Shown: piece by piece, positions 46,448 to 63,896 of the stretch
How the letters are laid out: each line of letters begins with the position of its first letter
Position numbering within the stretch: position 1 is the stretch's first letter
Assembly (NCBI RefSeq): GCF_009914755.1
Contig: NC_060933.1
Length of the DNA: 64,000 nt
Direction: 5' to 3' (one strand)
From: the human T2T-CHM13v2.0 reference genome, Homo sapiens
Notes under the pieces: model-generated
Databases searched by the model: none
The model's input: only the letters and a program-made list of their open reading frames with translations
What the model was told of the DNA's origin: nothing
Position numbers and translations under genes: made by a program

Positions 46448-47736
46448 GATACTCATTTTTGATTGTACTTTCGGTATTTAATTATGAAAGATATAAACCT
46501 CAGGTTAAGAAAGCGTGTACAAAAACAGCCACAAGTTACTCAATCTTCCCTAGAGAAAGATAAAGCTGAGTTCCTAAAGGACCACATTCCAGTTGTCACC
46601 TTCCTCTCAAGGTGTAACAGAGGGCAAAGGAAAACTACAATATGGAGAATAGCATCCCTGAAAGAGTTCCTGGGACATATGCCTTACAGGATTTTCTGGG
46701 CTTTAATATTCAGAGACTGCTGCTCAATTTTTAGTAGAAGTGAAAGAAGTCTATCAAAGCAAGTCTGATTATCCTGTCCAAAAATCCAGAAAGTATGCAT
46801 GACTACAGGGGTGTTTTTGCCTTTCCCTACACATCCCATCTCCCTAAACAAGCCCACTATTAATAGAGAACAGAGGAAGTGAAAGGTTCTGATTATTCAG
46901 CAGAGGCCAAAATAGTTGGGAGCCCAAAGCTGTGCTGTATCCACTACATTCTCACTATCAACAGCGAGCAGCAGAGAAGGTCTTCCTTCCTACAATCTTT
47001 CCTTAGGGAGAATGGGCATTCATCTGTGTGAAGATAGTAGTCTAACAAGTTTTTTTGCAGTGTGGAATTAAGAGGTATGTCTGCTTAATAAAATGCAACC
47101 ATCTATTCTCTACTGTCACACTGTAACAATATACAAATTCCTAGAAAAAGCCAAGCCCTTTCAGAGCTCATGCTTCTGTAGATACTATTCCCTCACAGCC
47201 CATTCATTCCTTCCACTAGGAATTGAGCATTCTGAGTACAAAATACTGTTGACAGAGGTTGACATCAGTAATTAAAATAGACTTGGTCCTGGCAGTAACA
47301 GCAACTATAGTCAAGTTGGGATGGGGGAGAGAGAAAAATAATCAAGTGTATAAATGAAAACTGCACTACAAAAAAAGAAGTACAAGGTGCAAACTATAAA
47401 CACATTAAACTGGCAAGGAGGCCATAACCTAATCTTGGGGGTAGGAAACGCTTCTCTGATGAACTGACATTTGAACTGAGATCTGAATAGTTAGGAGTTC
47501 GTTAAGAAGGAAAAATGGGGGATTATCCAGATGGAGGATTATCCAGATAGAGAAAGCAGCGTGCACAAAGGCCCAGAGTTTCAATGGCACCTGGTGTATC
47601 TGAGGCCTGATGGAAAGCCAGTGCGGCTGCACCTCGGACAGCAAAGGCCATGAAAGAAAAAAAAAAGAACTAAGAGGCAAAAGCAACAAATTCTAAGAAG
47701 GTGGAAAGCGGGTGGGACTGCTATGACCTGGCATAC

Positions 47737-48152
47737 GTGATAGAGTTTGGCTGTCTGTCCCCTGCAAATCTCATGTTAAAATGTGATCCCTAATGTTGAA
47801 GGTGAGGCCTAGTGGGAGGTGTTTGGGCCACAGGAGCAGATCCCTCATGAATGGTTTGGTGCCCTCCCCAACAATGATAAATGAGTTTTTGCTCTATTCC
47901 TTCAGGTGAGAGCAGTTTGTTTAGAAGAGCCTGTCATCTCTTGCTTCCTCTCTCTCTCTCCATGTGACACACCTGCTCCCCCTTTGCCTTCCACCATGAT
48001 TGGAAGTTTCCTGGGGCCTCACCAGAAGCAGGTGCTGGCAGTATACTTCTTGTAGAGTCTGAAGAGCCATGAGCCAAAATAAACCTCTTTTCTTTATATA
48101 AATTATCTAGCCTCAGGAATTCCTTTATAGCAATGAAAAACAGACTAACACA
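47737..48152 (+). mobile_element. MST (MSTB-like) LTR
   Basis: TGATAGAGTTTGGCTGTCTGTCCCC...AAACAGACTAACACA. Confidence 0.85.
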
Positions 48153-48715
48153 AGACCCTAAAAAGCTGGATCTTAAACCAGTAGTGAGAAAGGCCAGGAA
48201 ACATTCTGATTTATTCAGCGAAATCCCCCATAAGGTTTAGGAACTGGTGACATCAAGTAACTCCGGAAGTAGGGTGGGAGATGGGGGTAAACACAGGACT
48301 GCTTTACAGTTTCCTTAAAGAGCAGTAAGACAACACCCTCTGATATCCTCACCCCACCTCCCACCCCAGCCAAGCAGCTGACTCCACCCTCTCCCCTCCT
48401 TGGCAGAAAACTAGAGGTTTTTTTCCCCTCTGGAGAAGGTAAAACAAAAAGCGTCTGAACTAGTGCACAACAGGCAGAAATGAGGGTGGGCATCCATCCC
48501 AACACTGGGAGATTAAGTGGATGTTTACATCTTGAAGGCTGTCCAGACCTTTTCCTCCTCCTGGCTCCCAGGAGGCTGGCAGCCAGGCTTTTAGTCTCTA
48601 GCCAGGAGATCAGAAGCTCTTTCTTTGAGGAATATACAAGCCCAAAAAGGGGACCAAAATCACTGACATTAAGGGCTGGACAAAGCAGTGGCCCTGCCAC
48701 ATCATATTATGGTAA

Positions 48716-49058
<343 letters not shown>

Positions 49059-49126
49059 ATGTCTCATTCTTAACATGAGCCAACAGCCAAACACCTTCAA
49101 TACCTGATATTGTGGTTCTGTTAATA

Positions 49127-49650
<524 letters not shown>

Positions 49651-49651
<1 letters not shown>

Positions 49652-50100
49652 TATGGCAAAGGTGGATGGATTTTACAGATATAATGAATGTCCCTCATTA
49701 GCTGACTTAAAAAAAAAAGAGATTATGCTGGGTGGGCTGGGTCTAATCAGGCGAGCTCTTCTTTTAAAAAGTCTAGGGGTCAGAGACCAAAGTTAGAAAA
49801 ATACTCTCCCGCTGGCCTTAAAGAAGCAAAAACCCAAATTATCAGCTGCCTATGAAGAGAGGCAGCCTCTAGGAGCCATGAGCCTCAGTTATACAACTAC
49901 AAGGAAATGAATTATGCCAACAACAGGACTGCTTGAAAGAGAACCCCAATCCACAGATGAAACCCCAACTCTGACTGCAGATTTTCAGGTCCTAAGCAGA
50001 GGACCCAACCAAGTTTTGCCTGAACTCCCGACCCACAGAAGCTGTATCGTAAATGTACGTTAAGCTGCTAAATGTGTAATCTGTTACATGTCATACAAAA
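49651..50100 (+). mobile_element. MLT1D/E-like LTR fragment
   Basis: GAGATTATGCTGGGTGGGC..AAGGAAATGAATTATGCCAACAAC..TAAGCTGCTAAATGTGTAAT. Confidence 0.65.
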
Positions 50101-53100
50101 TATAAACCTGTACGCTAAAAAGGTACATTTTACTCTAAGGAAATAATACCTCAATAAAGGAAACTGAAAAAAATGTGCAAGTAGAAATGGAAACCTCTAT
50201 AGTAAAGCTACAAGATAAAGTTGAAGAAATCACCCAGAAAATGGAGCCAAAAAGACACAAGTGAAAAAAGAGAGAAAGGATGTAAAATGTGAAATGCCCA
50301 GTCCATGAGGGTCAAAGTCAAAATAAAATAAATTTCTGAAAGAAGAAAAGGAAATCATGAAACAACTCAAGAAAAATGTCAGAACACCAGAACACAAGTT
50401 TTCACTTTTAAAGGTCTTAGCAAGTGCCCATCAGGACAGAAACCGTAGATAAACAAAAAGATCTTATATGTCTTCAAACAGTCAAATTAACAAGAATAAA
50501 TAATAAAAATTGCTTCAGACTTTTAACAACAATCCTAGAAGCCAGAAAACAATGAAGAAATAAATGTTAAAGAAAAAATTTCAAGCATAGAATTCTCTAC
50601 ATAGGAAAGCTATCGGATTAAGTTTGACATTAGGAAAAGCTTTTTCAGACATGCATCATCCCTCAAAATTTACCTCCTATGCATATTTTCCCGAAAATCT
50701 ATAAGAGGATGTGCTCCACCAAAAAGGAAGAAATCAAGAAAGAAAATTATATAGGGTATAAGAAATAAGGATTCCAATGCAAGGGAGAGTTGAGGGAATA
50801 CCCAAGGTGACCGCTGAACAGCAAGCCAAAAGGACAGCACTCCACTGGGGCAGACCAGGGCACTTAGGACAGTCTTCTTTAGAAGACCAACTATGCCTGG
50901 TGCGACTGAACATACCAAGTGGAGAGGTGAGTGCCTGGTGCAGAGCTTGAGATGGGATTAGTTATAAGTACATGGAAAGCAAAGCAAATAAAAACCAGTA
51001 TCTTTATTAATTCAAGAGAAAGCAAAAGTCGTATGGGTAAAGAAATATTAGAATATATGACAAGGCTCAAATATGAATATAATTTAAAGTCATAATAATG
51101 TAAAACCTGAATACTGATCTAACCAGTATCACCGTTTGTTTTGGGGGAATGGGTAGTGAAAGCTAACTTCTAACCTTCCAAGTCGGAAGTTATTAGATGA
51201 TGCCTATATATGACCAAATCAGAAATAAATACGTCACTTCAAGATATGGAGGTAAATATCAAAATAATACAGGGTCAAAAAGTGGTTCCTCTTAGAAAAA
51301 GGAAGAAGAGGGAGAAGGCAAAGTCCTTATTGTCCTTATTTTTCACTGAGTTTTGTAGAAATTTGACTCTTTAAACTCATGCATGAGTAACTTTGAAAGA
51401 CAAAGGCTATATGGGTCCTCACGTTATCTTTTTCTACTCTGCCACGCCACATAAGCATTTTGTACTTTTAGAAGGACAAAGAGTTAAAAAGGTTTATTAC
51501 CTCTAAAAGAATTCATTTAAGTTGCTTTCATTTCACCTTAAATACTAACTCTTGCTTTAGTAACTTGAAATCATTAAGTTTTTCTCAAAATAACAGCAAA
51601 ATATTGATCAATTATCTTTTTTCTTTGTGTTTGGTGAGCCCATGGAACAGAGCCTCAAGTTAGCAAGTGCATTCTGTTGATTTCGAGCACCGCTGGCTTC
51701 TCAGGTATCTGAGCACTTGTCTTTAAGAGGCAAAGGCAGAAAAGGATATCATAGTGTCACCACCACCAAATTGGGAAGGCCCTTGTCAAAATCACCGAAG
51801 CACCTCTCCTTTTATTCTTTTGGAAAAACTGATTTTCCCCTGCCATCAACTAAGGATCACGCATTGGCTAAAATGGCCCCCTAACCAGCTCTAACTCAGA
51901 GACTTTACTGCATTTGTTCTGAGTTAAAGGACAATGTCTCTCTTCACAAAATATAACACTAAAAACAAAATTAAGCAGAATCATGTTGTTAAAGAATTTT
52001 ACATAAAAGTATAAAATATTTTCATTAAATGCATTGTCAGAACCAACTTGTCAGTGACTCCTTGATTACACGAGAATATCCAGTGGCAGGAAAACTAGTG
52101 TTTTCCAATTGCAGATAACAAGGAGAATGCCATATAGTTTCCGGAAAGTTCAAAACATTTTACTTTTTATTCTGAGACTGTCCTTCTTTTTTGTTGTTAA
52201 AATGTAATTTCTGGCACATAACATAGAAAACTGTTTTTAAGTATCCACCTAAACTTAAAACCAGATGTATAACCAGACATTCCTCTTTTAGGTATATGTC
52301 CAACTACAGTAAGTACTGTGCGCATGTCCACCAAAAGACATGTACAAAAACGTTCGTGGCAAAATAAGAAATTTTTTTTAAAAACTTCATAGCATCTTGA
52401 ATTATAACAGACATAAACTGCAAACTACCCAAATATCTATTAGTCCTACAATGATTAAATGAGATTGTAATATATTCATGTAATGGAAGATTAGACAACA
52501 ATGCAAGAATGAACCATGAACAGAGAAAAACATCCAACAATATGAATGAATCACACAGATACACTGTTGAGCAATGAGGACTGACTCAAGAGTACCTACC
52601 TACTATATGATTTCTTTTATATGAAGTTCAAAAACAGGCAAAACTAATGAAAAGTGACTATGGTTAGAGTATCAGCAGGCAGTGGGGTCTGACTGAGAGG
52701 AGGCAGGGAGAAGCCTTCCAGAACAACAAAAATATTCTATACCTTGATATGAGTAGTGGTTACATGGGTGTGAGTACATGAAAAAATCAACCTGTCTATT
52801 TAGAGGTACATTTGGCTATTTAGATGTACATTTCACCATATATAAATTATACCTAAAGAAATTTAAGAAAATTATAAGACAATTGAGAAAAATTTTCAAA
52901 CATTATAATTTATTTTATGAAATGCTGGTGACAGCAGATAACAGTACTTTTTATTTTAATATCTGTACTTACAAAATAACATGTTGCAACTCTATATTGG
53001 TGTCCCAAATAATTTTTTCCCAACTTTGTATTTTAAAAATGTATAAACCTACACAAAATTGAAATGCCGGTACAATTAACAACCATATGTCTTTCATCTA

Positions 53101-53301
53101 GATTCAACAATTGTTAACATTTTGCTACAGTCACTTCCTCTCTCCCTCTCCCAGTTCTGGCGGAACTGCTTGCAAATAAGTGGCAGACATCATGACACGT
53201 CATCTTTAAAGGACATTCTTCTACAGAACCAAAATATCATTGGTTATGACTGGTTATCATTGTATCATTGGTTATCGAAGTATCATTGTTAAATTGGTTA
53301 A

Positions 53302-53800
<499 letters not shown>

Positions 53801-53867
53801 TAGAATTAGATTTTTTAAATTTATTTTTGGCTTTTCAAGACATTAACAATTCTCACCCAATATAGGT

Positions 53868-54159
<292 letters not shown>

Positions 54160-54365
54160 CAATATAGGTTTTAAATTTTCTTGGTATATGAAACCCAAAA
54201 CTCTGCCAACGATTTGTATTTACTTAGTGTCTTCTGCAACCTTTATCACAGCATTGGTACTCAAATACCTTTATCCTGACAAGTCTGGATGAAGCTACTT
54301 ATCAAATACAGAGACAGGACAGTTCAATGTATAAATACAGCTTATGATTATTCTGCTTTAACTCA

Positions 54366-54620
<255 letters not shown>

Positions 54621-55537
54621 CTAATACAATGTGCATTCTTTAATACACTATGCTTTTTAGCATATTATCAGCTTTCTTTAGATCACCTCGATGCATACAA
54701 CTGAACACTGACTGCAATAATATTGAGATGCAACAATATTGAGATGCAACAATTGTTTTTCCTATGGATGACATCTGCCTCTTTTTATAGCTCCAGGAAT
54801 GAAAGAATAAAGCCAGCAATGTTAACAGATATTTTATACCCATTACAGGTGCCTGCCTATGATGGGTTAATGTTGGCTTGGGACTGGTTAGGAGTCACCT
54901 GTTAAGTTAACCTCCATCAAGGATAATTAAGTGAGCACAATTTAGCATGTAATTCAGTTAATTATGCTTTTATATGACGACAGCAACAATGAGAGCATCC
55001 CTGTTACTCATAGGTCAGACTTTTGGCAACCTCCTAAAATATAGTTTTTAACATAGGTGATGATAAAAGGCCTCCTGAGGAAAATATCTGTCACAAAGCC
55101 CAAGATTTCTATTTCACAGGAGAATCACAAATGCCCTCCAGCTTATTACAGTATCACTTATGTAAGCGGAATGAAATAAAACAGAACACAGTAGCATAGC
55201 ACATTGATAATGACAAGAAAGGACCACTGACATCAGAAGGACTGGGAAATAAGTCACATTCTGTTTGTTTCTAGTTTTAAACATAGATGAGAAGAACAAT
55301 TCAGTGAGGGGCAAATAACTAAATATCCTGGAAGGATGTTCTATATTACAGCTAAATCAAAGTAAGACTTGTGGAGAACCAGTCTTCAGGAAACCAATAA
55401 ATTATATTCATAATGTGTTTGTCTTTCTCATTCCAAAAAAATGATTTAGGGCAGTATTCCATGTTTGCTAAGTAAACTTCTTCCCTAAACAACACATTCA
55501 AGGAAAACTATCAAAAATGCTTAAAGCTTTTTATTCC

Positions 55538-55806
55538 GCTCCATCACCCAGGCTGGAATGCAGTGCCGCAATCACAGCTTACTGCAGTCTTGACCTCCCA
55601 GACTCAAGTGATCTTCCTACCTCAGCCTCCTGAGTAGCTGGGACTACAGGCATGTGCCACCACACCAAATTAATCTTTATATTTTTGTGGAGAACGGGTT
55701 TCACCATGTTTCCCCGGCTGGTCTTGAGCTCCTGGGCTCAAGTGATCCACCCACCTCGGCCTCTCAAAGTGGTAGGATTACAGGCTTGAGCCACTATGCT
55801 CAGCCT
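55538..55806 (-). mobile_element. AluJ
   Basis: TSD TTAAAGCTTTTT. Confidence 0.88.
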
Positions 55807-55934
55807 TAAAGCTTTTTTTAAAAAAAATAAAAACGTGTGGGAGTTTATGAATAAAAGCTTAACCTATTAAAAAATAAAACAATTTATGCCAAACCTTTCA
55901 TTTCCCAATAACAACGTTTAAAGACAGTATTTTA

Positions 55935-56273
<339 letters not shown>

Positions 56274-56848
56274 TTAATATAAAATTTACAGCAAAGTTTA
56301 AAGAAATAAAAGCACTTAAGTATTAATCATACTTATTCCTGCTCAAATGTCAACTGTGACACACTAGTTAACCACACTATGATGTTCAGCTTTTTAATTT
56401 TCTCTCTCAAGTTTTAATGTGACTGAGAACTGGCTTGATATACTTAATGCAATTTCTAAAAGAGATGTCAAAACCTATAAAAACAGACATTTATTTATTG
56501 TATTATATGGCTAAAGTGTTGATTCTGACTTAGATTTAACCTGTATTTATCATAGAACCATTCCAATTATATCTTTAGAGAGCTCTGCTTGCCAGAAATT
56601 AACTTGCTGAGATTTGGTTTCACATGGATATCCTCAGACATACAATCTAACAACATTTTCTCCAAAACCAAAGAAGAGATAAAAATAATCATTAACTGTT
56701 CACTGTACTTAAAATATTTGATGTACATCTGGTCATAATTCTTTTCTAGGTTAAATGTCACTAAATCAAGAGAAAATTATTCACAATTTGGTTTTAACCC
56801 AGGACATCATATATATTATAAATATTACATATGTAATAAGAAAATATT

Positions 56849-57018
56849 GGCTGGGCATGGTGGTTCATTCCCGTAATCCTAGTGCCTTGGGAAGTTCAAG
56901 GCAGGAGGACTGCTTGAGCCTAGGAGTTCAAGGTTCAACGCTGCCATGAGCCATGACTGCACCCTGCACTCTAGCAGTCTGAGTGAAAGAGATATTGTCT
57001 CAAAAAAAAAAAAAAAAA
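56849..57018 (+). mobile_element. Alu monomer (FRAM/FLAM-like or deleted AluJ)
   Basis: Single-monomer length with A tail. Confidence 0.8.
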
Positions 57019-57262
57019 AGTTGCTCTGGAACTCTGGGGCAACAACAACCAAAAAAAAAAAAAAAACCCCAAAATATCATGCCTTGTAAACAATACTATT
57101 TTAAATGAAAATTTCATTTGTGGGAACACAAAAGGCTATTTCACTGAAAATTCCTACTACCAGTTCTTTTGTATACCCCCAGGAGAAAAAAATCCTCCTT
57201 TAAAAAAAAAAAAACGGAAATGCCTGGATGATTCACTAATAAGAAATTCTGTGGCTTACTTA

Positions 57263-57544
<282 letters not shown>

Positions 57545-58451
57545 TTAAATACTCACAAACTCAAATATTAGGGAAATGATATGCCCTATCTAACTGAATT
57601 TTCTAGCTAAGTAAAGGCTCAATATCTTAAAATGTGATACTAAAAATCTTTCTAAGTGTGTGTCTTATTTATGGATCTCTTCTTAAGCAATAAAATTCAA
57701 GGGTTCTGTAGTTGCTACTATCAATCAATAGTTAATATACGGTCCTATAAATACACCTACAGAACATGTGTCAAAACTTGTACTGAGTCCAAAGCCCAAT
57801 CAGAAATTAGTTTCTAAACCTCAGCATAATAAAAATAAACAGAAAAAATCCTGAGTTGAAGGACCCTGCTTCAAGGTCATTCCCTTCCAGAGCAGTATGT
57901 TCAAGCACTCTTCCTCCATCTGGCTTCTCTCCAAGTTAAGAGTAAAGCAAATGTAGTTTCTAGTTCTGGTCCTACCAGAAGCCAGGTACATGACCTTGGA
58001 AAACTGGTCTCTCATCTATATGACAAGTCTACCATCCCGCCTCACAGGGTGCTTGCAGGTCAGAGGGTAGGTTTGTGGACATCACAGTAGAGAAGAACGT
58101 GAATGAACTTGACAATGTAGAAGGAAGCACAGACAAATAGGGAAAGGGGGGGATGTGGTAGAGGCAAATGTGGAAGGCAGAGATATTTAGGAAAACAAGC
58201 AGCCATAGAAATAAAGGAAGGAAAAGTAGAAGAAGCACCACAACAGATCTTAAGAGGTATGGAGGCAGCTTATGTGCCCTCAGAAGCATTCATCTTGCCC
58301 TGGGATGTAATCCCTCATGGACAAAGCTATTTTGACAACACGTTGCTCCCTGCCAATCAGTTCAATTCAAACGTTACTGAGAGCCAATTATGTCCTAGGT
58401 GTTATGCTAAGTGCTAGAACATTCATTCATTGAACAAACATGTAGGGCAAC

Positions 58452-58851
58452 TGATACGGGTTTGGATCTGTGTCCCCACCAAAATCCCATGTCAAATTGT
58501 AATCCCCAATGTTGGAGGTAAAACCTGGTGAGAGGTGACTGGATCATGGCGGGTGGATTTCACCCCTAGGTGCTGTTCTCATGATAGTGAATGAATGAGT
58601 TATCGTGAGATCTGGTTGTTTAAAACTGTGGTAGCACCTCTCCCCTCTCTTCCTCCTGCTCCAGCCATGTAAGACATGCCTGCTTCCCCCTTACTTTCCA
58701 CCACTATTATAAGTTTCCTGAGGCCTCCCCCAAAGCAGGAGCCACTATGCTTCTTGTACAGCCTGCAGAACCGTGAGCCAATTAAACCTCTTCTTTATAA
58801 ATTACCTAATCTCAGGTATTTCTTTATAGCAGTGAGAGAACAGACTAATAC
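58452..58851 (+). mobile_element. MST (MSTA/B-like) LTR
   Basis: TGATACGGGTTTGGATCTGTGTCCCCACC...GAACAGACTAATACA. Confidence 0.85.
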
Positions 58852-58961
58852 AGCAATTTTTTCTATGTGCTGGGTATGGTTCCAGCTGCTGGGGATACAG
58901 CAATAAACAAACACATTACAAATCATATTTCTGTTCCTAATGTGGACTAGATTCGATCTCA

Positions 58962-59261
<300 letters not shown>

Positions 59262-61379
59262 TCATGTAATAGCTTCAGTTTTTCTGCTGGCCTGAGAATG
59301 CTATTTTCATTTTATTTCAAAGAAACATAAACACCTTACTTTAAATACATTTACTAAGTTATTCTTTATGTAATATGAAATATGTTTTATTTGGAAATAT
59401 GTTTACTATTCCTTAAATTTCTGATGAAAAAATAACTGAAACACCTTAAAATACCCTATTCTCTGAAATAATTCATCAACTTTTCACTCTGAAGCAGATA
59501 TTTCACCACCAAAACAAATGGAAAGAAAATTAAGCGTGAATAACATGTTTCCAAGAATACAGTTTAAACTCTAAGAAACCCAGGCTGTGGCCAGTCCTCC
59601 CCTTTTGGAAAGAGCCAATAAGGGATAGTGTAACTTGTATTTCACCATCTTTCTTTGCCTTAACAAAATCTTCCTATGTTTCTTAAACTATGTAACTAAG
59701 CCTACAAAGTAACATCTCTTACAAATGCTATCAAAGAAAGTAGGTCATTGGGAGAGAATTTGTGGGAAAAAAAATATTCCTAACTCCAAAGTAAAATCAG
59801 AGAGGAAAATACAAGAGAGATAAAAACAGACACATATATTTGGTGACTAATATAGGAATTCAATACATGAAAATCTGCAATGTCAGGTGCTCTGTGTTTT
59901 TCAGTTGGAAGATTAGTAAGGCAGTGCAGCACTATAAGGAGGGGAAATAAGGAACTGTTCAGAGAGCACAAAGGTGGCAACCCGTAAGTAATCTCAAGGC
60001 AGCACAAAATCATAAAAACCTGGACTCTATGGGGTGGTGCAGAGGGGTGCAGGGAAAGCACCCTCATATGGTCACTACAGAAGAAAAGCTGTAGTTGAAA
60101 AAGAAGACGTTAGCGGCAAACGTGACCTTGTACATGCAAAAAGAAACACCAAGCTTTTCTAAAGCATCCCAAGAGGTATACTGTTAGGAGCAAAGTGAAG
60201 CCCTGTAATCTAGTGATTTAGTCATTTAGTAGTGTTCTGGGACATGGATCCAGGGGCAGAGTGGCTCCCCAATTGTAAAACCTGCTTTGTCATCCGGACC
60301 AATGGCTTTCACTAGAGAACGTCTTAAAGGAGCCATATGACTCTGCAACAAGAACCCAGAATAAAGTGGTATCAAAAATACCAAAAGGAAGCGAAAGACC
60401 CCAAAGAAAATACCAAGGATCTGCTCAACAACTAAACAGAGAGGACAGAGCAAAAAGAAAACAACAGAGCTTCAGGTTTTAAACCTGAAGGGGAAAGAAT
60501 AGCAGTGTCTCAAAGTCATGGAGAAGGCCAGAATGGAAGAGGCATGCAAGAAAAGGGCAGTTTGTTTAGTATGGGCAACAGGAACTCAAAAAGGATGATG
60601 AAAATACCCTAGAGGTAGCTGAAATAAGAGACAAGGCTTAATAGAAAATTCAGAACAAGACATCTGAGACGCACCAGAATAATTATAAAAGAGTACAGGA
60701 CATCTTAAAAGGGCAAGTGGAGAGAAAATAGGGCAACAGGTTGTGTTTTCATAAAGGACCTAAAGACAAAGAAATACCAGCCAGAGAGGTAATGAAATCA
60801 TTTCCGTAGTAGGAGGAAAATCACTAGAGTGCAGTATTCCCGGAGACCAAGGGAGAAGGTAGGTTTTGAGGGGGAGGGAATAATGACATAATCGACCACA
60901 GAGAAAAAGAAAGGAAAAAAGTATAGAATTTGTCTAGAACTAGGGAGGTCAATGAGGAAAAGATAGAGATGTGATCCTTTCTTTAACCTTATGTTATTTA
61001 AAAAATTTAAGCCAAAAATAAGTGGACATCAAAGGTGCAACAGAATACTGCAACTCAATCACCCCTCTGGGTGGCAAGTAACCAAGGCTCAATCCAGTAA
61101 GGACCACGTGGAGAAGACAGCAGTCTTCTTTCTTTCACTGCTGAGAATATTGGTTGCTGGTAATGTTCTCAAGGCAACTTTTAAATGCACTGTATATTGT
61201 TTGCAGTTACTAAACATATTCATGTAACCTAGTGAGGGATGAAAAGACAATATATTCCCCTCTACCTCATTACTTGTGATCTGGCACACAAGTTTTATAA
61301 ATAAAACAGCAGAGAAAAATCCTCTTACAATTTACCAGAAAACAGAATTTAACTCCCTCAAATTCCTAGCAACTTTTTC

Positions 61380-62060
61380 TTCTTTTTTATATCAGCTTTA
61401 TTAAACTATGATTTACAAATAATAAAACTCACCAATTTGAAGCATTCAATTCAGTAATGTGCACAAATATATACATTCTATAACCATCATTACAATCAAG
61501 ATGTAGAATATTTCCATCACCCCAAAAAGTTCCCTCATGCCCTTCTATTGTCAAACCCTCCCTAAACTCTGGCCTCTGATGGCCACTAGATATGCTGTCA
61601 CTATAATTCTGCCTTTTCTAGAATTTCACGTAAACACAACCATACATTATATAGCTTTGTATTAAATTGTGGCAAAATATCCATGGCACAATATTTAGCA
61701 TCTGAATCATTTTGAGTGTGCAGTTCAATAGTGCTAAGTACATTCACGTTGTCGTGTAGCTTTTGGTGTTTCTTTCACCTAGCATAATGCTTTTGAGCTT
61801 CACCAACATTGTTGAGTATATCAGTAGTTGGTTCCTTTTTTACTACTGAGTAGTATTCCATTATGTAGATCTACTACAACTTGCTTATCCATTCACCAGC
61901 TGATGGGCATTTGAGGTGTTTCCAGTTTGGGGGTATTATGAATAATGCTGCTATGAACATTTGTGTACAAGTCTTTGTGGACATATGCTTTCATTTCTCG
62001 TCTGTAAATACCTAGGAGTGGAGATACTGGGTCATACGGTATCTATTTAACTTTATAACT
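61380..62060 (-). mobile_element. L1MB-type 3' end
   Basis: ATTTCCATCACCCCAAAAAGTTCCCTCATGCCC; TAAATACCTAGGAGTGGA. Confidence 0.75.
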
Positions 62061-62304
62061 AATATTAGCTTTAATCTCTCAATTCCGAAAAAACTAATAG
62101 TCCACGGACACCAACCCAGAAGCCACTGCCTCCTACCTCACCACATATCTCCTCAAGGTATGAGGTTAAACCTCACAGTTTCATGTGAGTGGATGCTGGC
62201 AGGAAGAACAATTCAACCCATGAAAAGCTAAATGACAATGCATCTGAAGCACCTAGTAACTGACCTAGTGCACAGTAGATGCTCAATAAGCAGTGGCTAT
62301 TAGT

Positions 62305-62885
<581 letters not shown>

Positions 62886-62904
62886 TTCATTTTTATTTGT
62901 TGTC

Positions 62905-63060
62905 TGGCTGGTTGCGGTAGTTCACACCTGTAATCCTAACGCTGTCAGAGGCCGAAGCAGGTGGATCGCTACAGCCCAGGAGTTCAAGACCAACCTGGGC
63001 AACAGGGAAAACCCCGTCTCTACTATAACCACAAAAAATTAGCCAGGCATAGTGCGTGCC
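62905..63060 (+). mobile_element. AluJ left-arm fragment
   Basis: Left monomer consensus. Confidence 0.8.
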
Positions 63061-63279
63061 ATTAGTTATATGCCAGATAAAGTTTTATTTGACTTTGGGA
63101 GTAAATTATTCCTAGCAATCTCTGAATTTTAGGTTCCAAAGAACCCTGGAGATAAATGGTAATTATATGCCCAGTATTATAGGTTATTTAACCTTACAAT
63201 TTAAAATAACCAAACCAAAACTTTCCGGTATGCTACCTGCATGTGCACAGCATATAACTGTACTTGGCATGTAGTGGGT

Positions 63280-63692
63280 TGTGTTAGTTTCCTGTTGCAG
63301 CTGTAATAAATTACCCTAAACTCAATTGGCTTAAAACATACTTTTTATCTTATAATTCAGAAGTCCTAAAACCTGGATGCCACATTCTTTTTGGAGGATT
63401 TAAAGGAGAATCTGTTTTCTCTTCTTTTTTAGTAGTTTTTTTTTTAGGCTAGCCAAGTAAAGCAGTGAGAGCAGAGAGGGAACAGAGCAATCTGTAACTG
63501 GTTGTGATCATTTAGTTGTAAATACGACCACACTTGGACTAGCCTTTTCCAGTTTTTAAAGGCTGCCTTCATTCCTTGGCTCATGGCCCCATCTTCCATC
63601 TTTCAGACTAGTAGTGTGGCATCCTCCAATCTCTCTCCATCTCTGAGCTCTGCTTCTGTCCACATGTCTCCTTCATTCTGACTCTCCTGCCT
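63280..63692 (-). mobile_element. MLT1C/D-like LTR interrupted by the Y RNA copy
   Basis: TGTGTTAGTTTCCTGTTGCAGCTGTAATAAATTACC...GGCTGCCTTCATTCCTTGGCTCATGGCCCC. Confidence 0.7.
63446..63544 (-). pseudogene. Y RNA (RNY3-derived) retropseudogene
   Basis: Reverse complement GGCTAGTCCAAGTG..TTTACAACTAAATGATCACAACCAGTTACAGATT...CACTGCTTTACTTGGCTAGCC followed by an A10 tail. Confidence 0.9.
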
Positions 63693-63896
63693 TTGTTTTC
63701 TAATAAAATTTTTTTATTGAGATGAAGCTCATATAACATAAATTCCATCATTTTAATGTATACAATTCAGTGGTTTTTAGTATGCGCACAATTTGTGCAA
63801 CTATCATCATTAATTCCAGAACTTCCTCCCTCTTATAAGAACTTTTTTTTTAACTTTTCTTCTTTCATTAAAAATAAATAAAGGTATAGCTGACAA

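Noticed and set aside
54714-54752. Short tandem duplications (also ~20570-20610, 53236-53300, 1786-1850)
   Set aside because: Ordinary slippage products with no further structure.
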